Of a stretch of 64,000 nucleotides of DNA, positions 47,108-60,709 are shown piece after piece. Both the position numbers and the translations under genes were made by a program. This DNA is from Calcarisporiella thermophila CBS 279.70 (taxonomy: Eukaryota; Fungi; Calcarisporiellomycota), in NCBI RefSeq assembly GCF_041956535.1, contig NW_027192191.1, positions 1,506,087 through 1,570,086 on the forward strand, read 5' to 3'. The notes under the pieces were generated by a model, which saw nothing but the letters and a program-made list of their open reading frames with translations, had not been told where the DNA came from and did no database searches. Within the stretch, counting starts at the first letter, position 1. The number at the start of each line of letters is the position of its first letter.

Positions 47108-48369
47108 TCATAAGATCTTGCGTCGGTACCCGTTTGGAACCACATATTTATCAATGATGAAATTCCTAAGTCTATTACACACAAGCTCAGTCACCTTGGG
47201 TACATCTGTCAGCCGGGTGCGCGAGCCGATTGCGGAGCCCACTGAAAATTCGATGTCAAAATCGGGAAGCAGCGATATGACAAGGTATCGATCAGGGGGG
47301 GTAGATACGAATTCAAGTGTCATCTAGAGGAGCAAAGAGTTGGAAGGTTAGTGTTTCATATGAAAGTTCTGTCAAGGGATTGGGCCAAGATAGAAAAGCC
47401 ATATTCTGGATGGAGTCCCGTCGGGATCATGCGACCAACACAAGAGTCGGCACTCATGCTTGAAAAAAGACAAGGAATAATTTCCCACTACTTACAGTTG
47501 CTGAAAACTTTACCACAGAGAGGGTGAGTGAGACGGGCAAAGCCGCGACGCACGGCTTTGGCCAATTTACAAGAACTCGCGTGTCAAGTGATATGGTTAT
47601 TTCGTCAGCATACTCGACGTCAATTTCGGCCCGCTGGAATCAAAAAGTTCACGTTATATCAGATAGGAGGAATAAAAAATAACGAAAATGATGAGAGGTA
47701 CCAGAAGACCAGCCTTATTTGATGGTCGTATCCGCACGTTAGAAAACAGGGGAAATTCTTCACCGAGAGTGAGGCCCTCGATATGAATGGGGCCCTAGAG
47801 TAGGTATATCTATATGTCAACCATTCTATTTTCTCCAGCCCTAGACAAATAAGGAGGGGTAACTTACAATAAAGCTGGGTCGCACATTGTTAAGTAGCCG
47901 GTCAACCCATTGCATCAAATCTATCTTCACTTGTGGATCGTGCCGATAGTGAGTGAGTAATTGGGCGCCAAGCACGTTAGCCCAGTCAATAGCTTCCGAG
48001 GGGTGTGAGTATATCTCATAAAAAGTTTTCATAAGTATATGCGTGACACGTTTGTCGGGGGATAGAGGTTTGGATGGGGAAGATGCTGTCTTTTGCTGTT
48101 GTCTTGTGTGGATTTTCTAGTATGAGAGATGGTGTCAATGCAATTCAGAAATTCTAGAAACTCTAGGAGTGTTTGTATACCATGGTGGTCGTGGTCCGGT
48201 TCTCAGAAAAAAGGTAGTGCATAAAAAGGATAACGATAGCAATCGTGATGAATTGCCCTACAATAACACCCCCGAAAAACGACAGTCTTAACTGTGCCGA
48301 TGAAATGGTAGTGTTTATTTGAGAGAGAATTTCTGCCACAGGCTGTGCATTGGGGGGAGCAGTAGCCAT
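47108..48369 (-). CDS. MMM1: ERMES subunit Mmm1 (SMP domain), multi-exon; 3' end approximate
   Basis: SFFGGVIVGQF TM segment, HPSEAIDWANVLGAQ, LGEEFPLFSNVRI, LVNWPKPCVAALPVSL, SAIGSRTRLTDVPKV. Confidence 0.92.
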
Positions 48370-48648
48370 GTCGAGTCAATCCAAATGTGGCCCAAAAGAA
48401 ATAGTATAAAAAATATGAATAGGGTACAGGCTCTATGTGGTTTTGCTATCTACACTAATGAGGTATCCTCATATATATTCATCTCCAATGTCGCGTTCCT
48501 TGCCAGTCAGATAAAATTCTGAAACTTGTTTTGTTATTGCGCTAATGGCGCAGTCATTTCCTCCAGCGAATTCGAAGCGACCACAATTCAAAGCCAAAGT
48601 TTTATCGTTAATCGTCCTCGCTCGCTCATTTTTTTTCAACTCGAACAA

Positions 48649-50126
48649 ATGTATAATCAAGGCTACAGCAATCGCCCGCCACCACAGCATCGCACTCCCA
48701 ACTATAACGGACGTGTTTCCAGCCCCCCGTTCCCAAACCGGCCAGCATCTGCCTCACCGCCCCCTCTTCAACATCCTATTCCTACTCATCCTTTCCATGT
48801 TAGAGATACAGGAACTCCAACACCGCCTCCATCTTCCTCACAGCATTATGGCGGTCATGGCCGTGGGATGTATGGCCACAATAATACCGGCTATTCATCC
48901 ACATCTTCAGCATCTATGCAAGGGCGCGGTCAGCAGGGTGGACAAGGAGTAGGCGATTTTAATCAAATGCTCGGGATCGATGATGCGACTGCAAGGCTGG
49001 GTATGCAGTTCGGTAAATCAGCGGTATTGGCCGGCCACGACTATGTGGAGAAAAATGTGCGATTTCAGCTCCTTGCTTCTCGAGATTGTGTTGTCTCATC
49101 TGTTTTTCTTTTGGATGCGTAGTTTAATCGATATGTTAATCTTCCGGCGCTCAAGAACTACTTTAATGTGACCAACACGTACGTTTTGAACAAAATACAG
49201 TTGTTATTATTTCCGTGGAGGCATAAGGTATAGTCCGGCTTTCTTGTCATCACGATTTCGCCGGCTTTCTAAATTTATTGGACCTGGCCGATTCTAATCT
49301 ACTTATTAGCCGTGGTCACGCTCAGTAAAACGTTCCGAGCAGACAGGACAGATGGAGGGATATCTCCCACCAAGAGAGGATATTAATTCTCCAGATCTCT
49401 ATATTCCCAGTAACTGTCATCGAGACTCCTACGCTTGTGTTATAATCTAGCTAACTATCTCGCTTATTTTATATAGCGATGGCATTTGTCACTTATGTTC
49501 TACTTGTTGGGCTTATCCAAGGACGTGCACGCGCGTAAGTTTCTTTAGACACTATTTCACGACATTGGTCTAACCACGACCCCCATACCTATTCAGATTT
49601 CATCCCGAACAACTCGGCATCACCGCGTCAAGTGCTTTAGCCACCATTGGCTTTGAGATATTTTTAATGAAGTTAGGATGTTATCTCCTTAATATCACAT
49701 CGGATAGTCAGGTGCTTGATTTGCTTGCTTATTCAGGCTATAAGTTCGTGGGGTAAGCATTTAACTTCTTATTGCGATAATTGCGTACTTGTACACTCAC
49801 GGCTATATTGCCGGGGACGATAGAGTGATATTGACTTTGCTTGCGAAGCTGCTGTTGCCGAATTGGGCAGTGATTAGCTGGGTAGTGTTCTTCTACACCG
49901 CATTCTCGGTTGGCTTTTTCTTGGTAAATCGGCAGAATTTTTGCTCACGCTTATAGGATTCTCAACTGATTTTTGTTGTCATATTTAGTTGCGTTCACTG
50001 CGCTACATGGTTCTACCTGATTCATCCACCACGACTGCAACTGCATCTCCGCAGCGAAAGCGGCGTGTCTACTTTCTCTTTGTGCTGGCGGCCCTTCAGT
50101 TGGTGTTTATGTTTGTTTTGCTATAG
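48649..50126 (+). CDS. YIF1: Yif1/Hrf1 ER-Golgi membrane protein, multi-exon
   Basis: ARLGMQFGKSAV, LKNYFNVTNTYVLNKIQLLLFPWRHK, PPREDINSPDLYIP, LDLLAYSGYKFV, LRSLRYMVLP. Confidence 0.94.
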
Positions 50127-50986
50127 TAAGAGTGCTACAGTGACCGGGCTGTATAAAATTTATATACGATAATTAAAACTTATTTGAGATATTTGGCTTT
50201 TTTTGTATTATTATTTCTTTTTTTTGTTGAAGGGAAGGAAATGTAGCTCATCCTATAATTATAGAGGCACAAGCTAAGTTTGGATTTTGATGGTCCTCAA
50301 AACACCTGGAGGGGGTCTTTTCTCTTAAAACAAAAGATCCCCCATGGATTTCTACTAGTTTTTACAAGCCATAGGCTTAAAACACCCGTCCAGTGAGCTC
50401 TTGGACTTATATCGAGCAATAGAAACTATCATTTAGAAAGGCATCCTATCCCTTGCGACTTGGACTTCGGTTGATGCTCTGTGTGCGGCCAAGCTATTGC
50501 CATGAATCAAAGAGGGTGGAAAAATGGGCGCTTCCCCGGTAAGGAAATCATTTGCCTCCGCGGCCCTCATATGGGGCCATGGGTGCATCACGATAGAGTT
50601 GAGACTAGCTCTTCTCCGGTGAACTATCAGTTTGCTGGGATATCAAGTATTCAGTCTTGCAACCTCAGGTGTACTCGTGTCCCAACTAGGGCTTCCCCTT
50701 ATTTATCCGTTTCGGGCCTGCCTAAACTTTGCAGGACAAGTTTTAGAATTTAAGATGAATCGAAACATGTTTTATCCTCTGACGGCCAATATAATTTGAA
50801 TGAGGCAATGACCAGTAGCGAGGGCTGAGTTTGATGCAGTCAACGTGACCTTTCGAGTCCTTTTTTTCAATCCTTCTTTTTCTCCTTATTCTTTATCTTA
50901 TTCTCTTTTCTTGTCTTTGAGCAGCTTTTACTAATTAACCCTTCTCATTATATTTCGTCCAGAGCAACTGCAGTGTGCTGTTTATT

Positions 50987-53009
50987 ATGAAACTTTCTTT
51001 TTTTTCTCTGGTGGCCCTCACCACGCTGACGGCCGCTAGTCCTACGCGCCAAGGCTCCCTCCGCCTTCAGCTCCAGAACGCAGGGCAATATGTTCAGCAG
51101 GTGTGGCATGATGTGAAAAGTTATGCCCATGATGTTGAGGACACCGTACGCCAGCAATTTGACAGACTTAAGGATGATTGGGTGCGTGTGTTTGAACATC
51201 CCGCATTCCCGGATCATACGATGCGCTATAAACATCCGAATATATGCGATCCGGGTGTTAAACAGGTAAAATCCCATACTGGTTTGAGCTGAAGCCGGGA
51301 AGGAGAAAAGACGGCTCAATGGCATTTTTTGGTGCTTTAGATATCAGGTTACCTGGATACGGACGAGGATAAGCACTTCTTTTTCTGGTTCTTCGAATCA
51401 CGCGGAAACCCGGAGAAAGACCCCGTTGTCCTTTGGCTTAATGGTGGTCCTGGGTGTTCGTCCATGCTCGGCCTTTTGATGGAGTTGGGGTATTAAACTT
51501 AGGATTGTTTCCTTTCAAATGCCGAAGCGTCTGATTTATAATCTCATTTCCTCTAGGCCATGTCGTGTAAAAGTGGACGCCTCCGGTCTTGACTACAACC
51601 CTCACTCCTGGAACAATAACGCCAGTATCATCTTCCTCGATCAGGTATTTAAAGCGGATATTGGGCGCTCTAAAACTCCCATGCCTACACTGAATATTTT
51701 TCAATACCTTTTATTTAGCCTTTGAACGTTGGATATTCTTATGGAAGCTCTGGTGCGACCAATTCAATGGCGGCTGCTAAAGACGTTTATGCATTCCTAC
51801 AGATGTTTATGAAGGAGTTCCCGCAGTACGCGGATTTGGACTTCCACGTTGCTGGAGAGAGTTATGGAGGTAGGGGTTCTTCGTTTTCACGCGTTCATGG
51901 CTAGATGAATGTGTTTACAAACCACGAAATTCCTCTAGGACACTATGTGCCCAGCATTGGCTCCGTTATCCATAAGCACAATGCTGGCGAATTTTCCACC
52001 TCACATCTCGCTGCCAATGCACACACTTTGCGCCCGCTAAACCTCAAATCTCTTCTGATCGGCAATGGCCTCACCGATCCTCTGGTGCAATACAAATATT
52101 ACGAGCAGATGGGATGTAACAACACGTATCGCCCGATCTTTTCTCCCAGTACATGCCAGCGCATGCACAGAAATTATCCGACTTGCGCCAGGTTGATCGA
52201 ATCGTGCTACTCGTCAGAATCGCGCTGGACATGTATCCCTGCCAGCTCCTACTGCAACCAACAACTCATCATGCCATTCCAATCCACCGGTCTCAACATC
52301 TACGACATTAGGAGAAAATGCGGAGACAATGCGCTCTGCTACGATATCATCCCTGCCATTGAAAAATACTTGAACCGGGAGGATGTGAAGCGTGCGGTTG
52401 GAGCCAAGGTTGATCGATATGAGGGATGCAACAACCAAATCAACTTCCAGTTCTTGATGGCGGGTGATTGGATGCTTCCATTCCACAAGAAGCTGCCACC
52501 ACTTCTTGAGGACGGAGTTCGCGTGTTGATTTATGTAAGTTTTGTCAAACTTAGGGAGAGGGATTCGCTGTATCTGACTTTATTTTTTCACTTGTAGGCT
52601 GGTGACGCAGACTATATTTGTGAGTAATTTTTTTAGTATCTATTGAGGACGCGTTTACTCAAGATGGTTTTCTTTAATCTCTCTTTGGTTTAGGCAACTG
52701 GTACGGTAACAAAGCATGGACTCTCGAACTCCCTTGGTCTGGAAAAGAGGAATTCAATGCCGCCAAGGATACCATTTGGACGAACCAAGCGGATCAGACC
52801 AAAGCTGGTGAACTTCGCACCACTGCGGACAAACGCTTTGCATTCTTGCGCGTGTTCGAGGCAGGCCACATGGTCCCGTACGATCAACCAGCTAACAGCT
52901 TGGTGAGTCATAATTCCCTCTGTTACTCTGAATCCACCTAGGGCTAATTTGTCCCAATTTACCACTTGCACAGGACTTTTTCAACCGGTGGTTGCAGCGT
53001 GAGCTCTGA
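50987..53009 (+). CDS. PRC1: Carboxypeptidase Y (S10 serine carboxypeptidase), multi-exon
   Basis: Signal peptide; [67 protein letters not shown]. Confidence 0.97.
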
Positions 53010-53841
53010 TAGAGAGGATGGATGCCAGTATTTCACCTCGGCACGGTAGAATCCCTTAGATTCGTGTATATCACACTGATCCGAATATTTGATATGAATA
53101 CTTTTGAGTTGCTCTTCTTCTGTATTGTACCCAATCTACAGCAGTATATTTCTCAATAAACTCTTGCACAAAAACCCTGAGGGTTTTCGAGCTAGATGAT
53201 TTCTACCGCTGAGCATGCTATTGAGGGGATTGGATTGAGAGAGGGAACCCACAAACCGGTCGGAGCTCAAAGATGCCGTGTCTATTTGCCTGCGTGGTTA
53301 GGGGCGAAAACACCGAACATTACCTAAACTACTGCATATGTTCAAGCAGCCGTTCGGGTCTCATTAAGGTTTTTTTCGATCAAAGAGCATTTCGAGTCTT
53401 CTATGCGCCGATTTGCGTAGAGGGAGCACATGCCTCGATTTTCATCATTCACCCTGTTACAAGGTGTATCGGTAGGCAACCCAGCCGTGACACCCTGCAC
53501 TCCACGCCCCCCGAGTGGCCTCTACACTCGAACAATAAAAATAGACTTGTCGACATCTTGTCATCATTTCATTGCGTTTCATTTCATTCCGCCGCATTGC
53601 GTCCGGGGCTGCCGTCAGTTGCCACGTCCTATTCGATAAGCATTGCCCCCAAGCCGGCGAACCTAGATGTAGAAGCGCGCACAAACAGCCATCGGCTCAA
53701 ATAGACGTGGGGCTACACCACTCCCATAGACAGACGCATCATCTATTCATACACGTATATTTGTAATATATATAAATCGGAAGGAAATAGAATCCAGCCC
53801 CGCCCCCACTCACATCCAACTCGACCGCCCCATAAGAATAT

Positions 53842-55492
53842 ATGCATAGAAAAGGCAACGCGCTGCTCAGCATCGAGATCCTGACCGAAATCCTCCATTT
53901 GCTCCAAGAGAAAGACTACTATCACCACCTCTTCACCGCTGCAAGTGTCTGTCGCCTCTGGAATCAAATCGCCACCCCCTTTCTCTACTACCGCCTCTCC
54001 GTCTCCCGAATCTCGACGATGCGGCTCCTCGCCCGAACCCTCTCGGCCGAGCAAGGGCATCATAGATACTGCGAGTTGGTTCGCGAGGTGGACCTCAGCT
54101 GTGTTTCCCAGACCCACGACATCAAAGGCGAGGATGTTTTCTGGTTAGAGTCGCTAAGGGGCCTTGAGAGGGCGAACTTGATGTTTTGTCCGGTGGATGA
54201 TGAGCTACTTGATGCTTTGGCGACGAACAGCCCAGGCCTACTAGAGCTTCGATGTTTCAATAATTCGAGGCTGACCGGCAGGGGATTACGGGCCTTGGCG
54301 AGGAAATGCAAGAGGCTGGAGCGGCTCTCACTAGGCGATTGTCTACAGGTGAAGGGGTGCGACATTACGGAAGTGGTAAGCTCCACCGAGGTCAGAGAGC
54401 TCGAACTTTTGAGCGTAAACTGGCTTGAGGATACGTCGCTTCTCTCCATTGCAAGCGCAAGAGGGCCAATGCTTACAAGGGTCCATTTATGGGAGTGCCG
54501 TGAGCTGAGCGATGACGTTGTCATTGCGTTTGTTCACGCCTGCCCAAACCTTCGCTCGGTCGTGTTCCGCCACTCGCGTCGACTCACCGACCGCGCCATT
54601 GTTGCGCTCGCCTCGTGTACTCAGCTAGAGAGTTTCGGGATTGGAGGCATCGAGGGCGTCACTAGTAAATCGCTTGGTGAGGTGGTGTCTAAAACGCGGC
54701 TGCGCTCGTTGGATTTTGACCTCTCGACCCCGGTAGAGGATTTTGATTTCCTTTCACACGCAAAGGAGGTGGAGTGGCTACGGATGAATGTGTCGTGCAC
54801 GCCTCACCCAGACGATGCACTCTTGCAGCTAGCACGTTCCAATCCCCCACTCAAAACCCTGCATCTTCTCAACTCCGCCTTCACCGACGACGCGCTTGCC
54901 GCCATGTGCTTCTGCACCAATCTTCATACTCTCGGGCTCTACCGCTGCCAAAAAGTTACCTCGCGCTCCCTCAGCACCCTTACTCCTCGCCTGCACGAGC
55001 TCATCATCGTCGGTTGTGAGGGGATCAACCAGATCAAAGACATGGTGAAGAGAGCGTCTGATTTGAGCACATTCAATTTGCAATCGGATATGGAAATGTC
55101 TGCAGAGGAGCTCATAACGTTGGTGGACGAGTGCCCGCGCTTAGAGCGCCTGACTCTGCCAAGCATCGAGCGTATCCCAGTCGATGTAAGTATTGGCTTC
55201 GTCCATTCCTCCTCACCGTTTCTACTCTTGGAGGTTGTCCTTGTTGGCGTCTCTAATGTCTATCCATCGATACCAGTGCGCTCTACGCAGTCTCTCGAAG
55301 CTGAAGAACATACGATCACTCCGCCTGGACCTCACCCCCTTCACTCCCTCGGATGTCATGAACCTTATTTCTCTATTACCAAACCTACGCGACCTGCATC
55401 TCTCCGAGACAGAGAATCTCTCTCTGGACTATCCAGGATGGGGCCAAAGACCAAGACCACTGGTGCGGATAGGGGAAATGATCCTAGAATAA
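53842..55492 (+). CDS. F-box/leucine-rich repeat protein (intron about 55186-55276)
   Basis: F-box LSIEILTEIL...AASVCRLWNQIATPFLY; cysteine-containing LRRs (L..C..L..L.L..C..LTD). The last exon uses the 55193-55492 frame. Confidence 0.88.
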
Positions 55493-55757
55493 GGCATAGT
55501 AGGGCTGTGATGTCACTTTATTATGAGTGGACAAAAGGAAAAAAGAACAGTATTAAAAATATATTTAAACAGAATCTCTGATGATATTAAATATGTGTAG
55601 AAGAACGACAAAAAAAAAAGTGGAAAAAAAGAAAAGTTATTTTTGAAAAGACAATTTATCCTACAAAACTAGAAAACAGCTTAAAGAATAAGACAAGAAA
55701 GAGATAGGTGCTACGAGGTTCACAAATATAGATAAAGTAAAAAGATGCAAGAGTGCA

Positions 55758-56963
55758 CTATTGGTCCTTTCTGCTCTGTTCTGATTCGCTGCCCGAATCC
55801 TTCTCCTTCTTGCGGCGAAGGTTAGCCTCTCGGCAGGCTTCAAGTGTAGGCGCATAGGTGCCGAGCAATCGATCCCAGAGGGTGAAGAAAGGCTGCGAAA
55901 AGTTTGCCTTGATGCCTACAGGTTGATGATGTATATCGTGACTGTAAAAAAAAACGGGAAAAAAAGAAGTTAGGATATGACTCCTTGAAAAAATATATAT
56001 ACTATTTGCTTACTATTTAGCATTATTATTAAAGAACAGTTGCAAGGGGTTCCATGGGAAATCGTAACCGGAATGATCATCCACTAATATTATACATATT
56101 CGCTGTCCATTAGATACTGCAATAAATAGATTTATCAAGGCACAGAAACATACCTGTCTTAATGGTGGAGAAGGTGAAGAAAATAGCTGCACTCTTGACG
56201 GTCATGCCAGACAGGAAATAGGCTAGCCCACCGCCCACTGAATCCATCACAAAGCCTTCAATAGGATGATTGTAAAGGGCACCGTAGGCATACGGCACAT
56301 AGAGGCGATGGTGAACCGAGTGCAAATGCTTGTAGAGGAATTTGTTGGTATGGAAGAGGCGATGGAGAAAATATTGGTAGGCGTCGAGTATAAACCTAAT
56401 TCGAAATCAGGCGAAAATTAGATTTGATTCGTAAGCAATAGGATGCGAAGGAAGCCGACGCCTGTATTCAAAGAAGGCTGTACTTACATTGCAACAAAAA
56501 ATCGCACTGCTGGCTCCACATACCAGTACATCCATCTCGCCAGCTGCTCCACAGCTGGTCCATTGAGCATCGACGTCAGATAAGCCTCCATTCCCAAAGT
56601 ACCAACCGATTTCGCAATCCAGGCCTGATGCCAAGCAAGCGTAGCACCCTGATTGACTCCCGTCTCCTCTACGCCGCTTGTTAGTGCCAGCGCTAGCATT
56701 GCCTGGAGAACCTGCTGCAGAAACACCCACCACACCACCTTTCCTTTCGATACTCGATTCTTTTTGAGCTCTTCGGGGGTGTGTATGCGGAATGGCTCGA
56801 GAAAAGAGAAGTTACAGTAGTCGAGGAGCTCGTACATTAAGGAATAAACCCAGTAGGCGACCACCGGGAGAAAAACGGAGAGAAGCGAGTCAGAGATGAA
56901 GGGGAGAAGATCGGCGGATTCATGTGTATGTGGCAAGGAGGAGGTTGTGTTGGCGATGGTCAT
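55758..56963 (-). CDS. SUR2: Sphingolipid C4-hydroxylase Sur2 (fatty acid hydroxylase family), multi-exon
   Basis: DAYQYFLHRLFH, HLHSVHHRLYVPYAYGALYNHPIEG, KTVDDHSGYDFPW, YHDIHHQ..GIKANFSQPFFTLWD. Confidence 0.96.
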
Positions 56964-57188
56964 TACGGTATAATTAGGAGTTTAGCGCGCAAAATCAATC
57001 GGGGTTTTTGAAATTAGATATTAGAGATGTAGTGATATTATAAACAAAAGTAGGGGATATTAAACAGTGATTTTATTGATGTAGAAGAAGAAACAGTAAA
57101 ATACCAATTGTTGCACACGCTCAACTCATTTTTATTTTTATTTAAATTGGTTTCTGCGCCACTGCCATCTCACCCTTCTGCTTGCCTC

Positions 57189-58012
57189 TTAGAACTCGGT
57201 CGTGGTCCACAGCGGGTCGTTGAGGTAGTGGATGTTATCGACTCCAATACCCTTATTCACTTTCCGGCTATAGGAGAGGGAGAGAGAGAGGATTGGTTAA
57301 TAACGGAGTAATATCTTGGCCAAAGTAGGTCTCTATATTACATATCCTCAGTAGACATTTTGGTCAAACCTATGGCAAGGGCGTGCTCCTTTCCTTCTGC
57401 CATCACCGTGACAATGCTGTCTGTCGGAAGATCAACATCAAGACGGGCCCCAGGGGACGTGAGACCGGGGCACATAATGTTTGCGCCTGAGAGGACGAAT
57501 TTAATAGCGCCTCTATCCACTTGAACTTTGGGGAGAATATCCGGGTCTATTCAAGATGAGTTAGGAAAAAAGGCGTTAAAATCGAGAAATAGGTTATGCC
57601 TACATTTGTGAACTAAACGCAACGCGGGGTAATAAGGCCCGTCGAAGTGCTGGAAGAATAGGATCTCGTTGTTCACCGTCAAGAGTTGGATGTGTTCGCG
57701 GCTAAAAGTGTGATTTTATCAAAGATCGTGAGCGTAGGCCCCTCCATCGTACTCTACAGACGCGTTGTTTTGAAGCATGCTTACCATTTCACTAAAACAA
57801 TAGGTGTCTTCTTGGGCAGAATCTCGTCGATAATCCCCTCCAGTGCGGGCATTTGCTCCAAGAGTTTTGTCCTAATCCCGCGCTGTATCGAGCTTTTGAG
57901 CTGGTTTTGACCAGATATATCCTCCTTGGCATTGAATCTATCCTCCCAATGAATTGCGTTAATAAATAGCAGCGATCTTGAGCTAAGAGTTCGAGGATTA
58001 CTTTTTGAACAT
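57189..58012 (-). CDS. TMA20: Tma20/MCT-1 PUA-domain translation reinitiation/recycling factor, multi-exon
   Basis: MFKKFNAKEDI...[63 protein letters not shown]. Confidence 0.96.
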
Positions 58013-58209
58013 GGCTGGTCTATTCACTTAGAGGATAGAGTAATATCGTCCAAATAACGAGAGGCTTTGCTTTTTTAAAATTTGAAGGGACTAGTGGCAG
58101 AATAGAAAAATTTATAAATTTTGTACCTAGTCTCTCCACCCCTACTCTCCCTCCACCCTCCTTCATTCTCATCATCAGAGGGAACATCATAGAATTAGAC
58201 ATTAGCAAC

Positions 58210-59843
58210 ATGCCAAAAAACGGCTCAGTGCTTCAGCGTCTCCGAGGCTTTGATGCCTATTCCAAAACGCTCGATGAATTTCGCGTTAAAACGCTTTCAG
58301 GAGCAACCGGTGAGTATTATCATCAGGTTCTCTCCATGCATCAATATTTTGATTTAATTACCCAACTCGTGTATAGTGACGATTGTGAGCGCAATCATCA
58401 TTTTAATTCTTGTCCTGTCTGAATTCCAAAACTATCGGACAGTGAGTTTCAAACCAGAATTGGGCATTGATACATCTAGAAAGGGCAAGATGACTGTTAA
58501 CTTCAACATCACCTTCCCCCGTATTCCCTGTTATGGTTGGTTTAATAAGAGCAGTGATGATGCGTTATTGGATTCACTAATTCTATTGGTTCATTCTGTT
58601 TACGTTCTCAGCACTTAGCTTGGATGTGATGGATGCATCGGGCGAGCATCAAGAGAATTATGACCATCATGTCTACAAAGTTCGACTAGACCCTGAAGGC
58701 AGACCGATTGTTGCCGAAAAGCAGAATGGTAAGGCACACGCTATGCTTTATCCTCCTCTATAGATTAATATAGCCGTATTTTATAGAGCTTGGAGATAAT
58801 ACCAAAAATATCCCAAAGAATCAGCAGGAAGACTATTGCGGAAGCTGCTATGGTGGTGTAGAACCAGAAAGTGGATGCTGTAATACGTGCAGCGACGTTC
58901 GTATGGCCTATATGCGTAAGGGGTGGTCGTTCGTACCGGACGAGGTTGAACAGGTACATATTTTGTTGTTAATATTATGATCTCTCTCTCATCAGTTCAA
59001 TCTAATAATAATGATCTGTTCGCCTCCTAGTGTATTGCGGAGGGATGGAAGGAGAAGATTGAGCAGCAATCGAAGGAGGGGTGCAACCTCCATGGAAACC
59101 TGATCCTGAACAAAGTGCCAGGAAATTTCCACATCGCTCCTGGAGAGAGTTTCCAAAACTCGCACGTTCATGTCCATGACATGCAATCCGTCATTACACC
59201 GGGGGCCAAGGTACATGCTTTTTCAACAATTTCATTCTATTGTCATTCATAACCGTATCCTTTGTCTCGCCTTTGTAGTTTGACCTAAGTCATATTATTC
59301 ACGAGCTCAATTTTGGCAGAGGCGTCTCCTCCGAAATTGTCCAACCCCTGGAGGGCGTTAGCAAATCGGCCAAGAACTGTAAGCCTTTGTCCATATCCTA
59401 TTCAATAGAATCCTGCGGCTAAATTCGCTATTGATGTTTATTAGTTGGATACATGTATCAGTACTTCTTGAAGGTGGTCTCGACCGATTTTGTGTTTTTG
59501 AACAAAACAAAACACCGCACAAACCAATACTCTGTCACGCAAAATGAGCGCGAACTGGCTGGGCACATGGGTCATGGCGGTCTTCCTGGTAAACTTTTGG
59601 AAATCTATTTCCACTTGGAGACAACTATGGCTAATAGAGATTTCTCTAGGCGTCTTCTTCAATTATGAGATCTCCCCCATGCTGATCACTTACAAAGAAA
59701 CTCGCGGCTCCTTCGTGCAGTTCTTCACTGGTGTTTGCGCCATTGTTGGGGGTATCTTTACTGTGGCTGGGCTGGTCGATGGTTTCATCTATCAGGCAGA
59801 ACGACGCATCAAGAAGAAAATGGAGCTGGGGAAGGCATTGTAA
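58210..59843 (+). CDS. ERV46: Erv46/ERGIC3 ER-Golgi vesicle protein, multi-exon
   Basis: FDAYSKTLDEFRVKTLSGA, YCGSCYG...CCNTCSDVR, EGCNLHG...NKVPGNFHIAPG, YQYFLKVVST, GVFFNYEISPM, TGVCAIVGGIFTVAGLVD. Confidence 0.96.
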
Positions 59844-60709
59844 TACCCCTCCGTCTACACGAAAAACCACGACTATTTATAGCTTTTTTTTTGTTTACTT
59901 TTTGCTTTGAATGGACGCAGTTTTATTCGTTATTCTGTAATATATATCTCTATTCTTTCGTGGAGAGAGAAAGACTATACAATGAGGTGGATCGGTGAAA
60001 AAAGGAAATAGAGGGTTTCATTTTGAGCTGTTTCAGGATAGAGCATAATCGATTTTCCTTACCGAGAAAACATGGGGGCCATCCTATTGCCTCGAAATAG
60101 GATCCGGCCTCGAAAGGTCTGAGCGTCATCCCTGCATTGGGGGATAACTGCGAACGGGAATTTTCAATTGGAATGATTGGATTGGAACTGATAGACAATG
60201 AATTTTCCCATTCAGCAAAAAGAATCCATTTGCGGGGGGGGGGAGCAAGCGTACCATAGTACACCCTTTGGCACCTAAACTCCACCATCTCCTTCCTCCG
60301 TATTTAATATCTGCAAGGACGGTCAGCATGCAGATGTAACGGCACCCGAGCATGGCAAGTAAAACGGAAGTATCTCTTCATGCTTAATGTCCGAAAGCCT
60401 GCAGGCAGTAATATGTCTACACCAGGGCTTTAATGCTTCTTAGGAGGGGCTACAAGATGGCCTGGGGAATTACGACTAGGTGAGATGAGCTCTCGGAAAG
60501 CACACGATTTATGAAACGTAAATCGCGGATTCAAATAGAGAGATTATGCCCGATGATCAACGAGCCCCACAGCCAATATGCCCTCAAAAATTTAACGCAC
60601 TTTCCAAGTTTAGCCACAAGGGGACCGGTGAAATATGCACGCTACTCTGTTATATTTCCTTTGAAAATCAAGCACAGCCCTCTTCTCACTCTTTATTGAT
60701 CGCCTGACC

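Noticed and set aside
48526-48648. TTG-initiated upstream extension of YIF1 (similarly 34051 for ATG15 and 15316 for the WD40 gene)
   Set aside because: Short extensions into promoter/UTR created by the ORF caller allowing TTG/GTG starts or by an upstream ATG; nothing supports their translation.
55186-55581. C-terminal part of the 579-aa F-box ORF as listed in the track
   Set aside because: It reads through a GTAAGT...CAG intron; the LRR pattern continues in the other frame, ending at 55492.
5232-58012. DAP, GCN4, ATG15 and TMA20 as a starvation/translation gene cluster
   Set aside because: They are separated by many unrelated housekeeping genes over more than 50 kb; co-occurrence is plausibly chance without synteny evidence.
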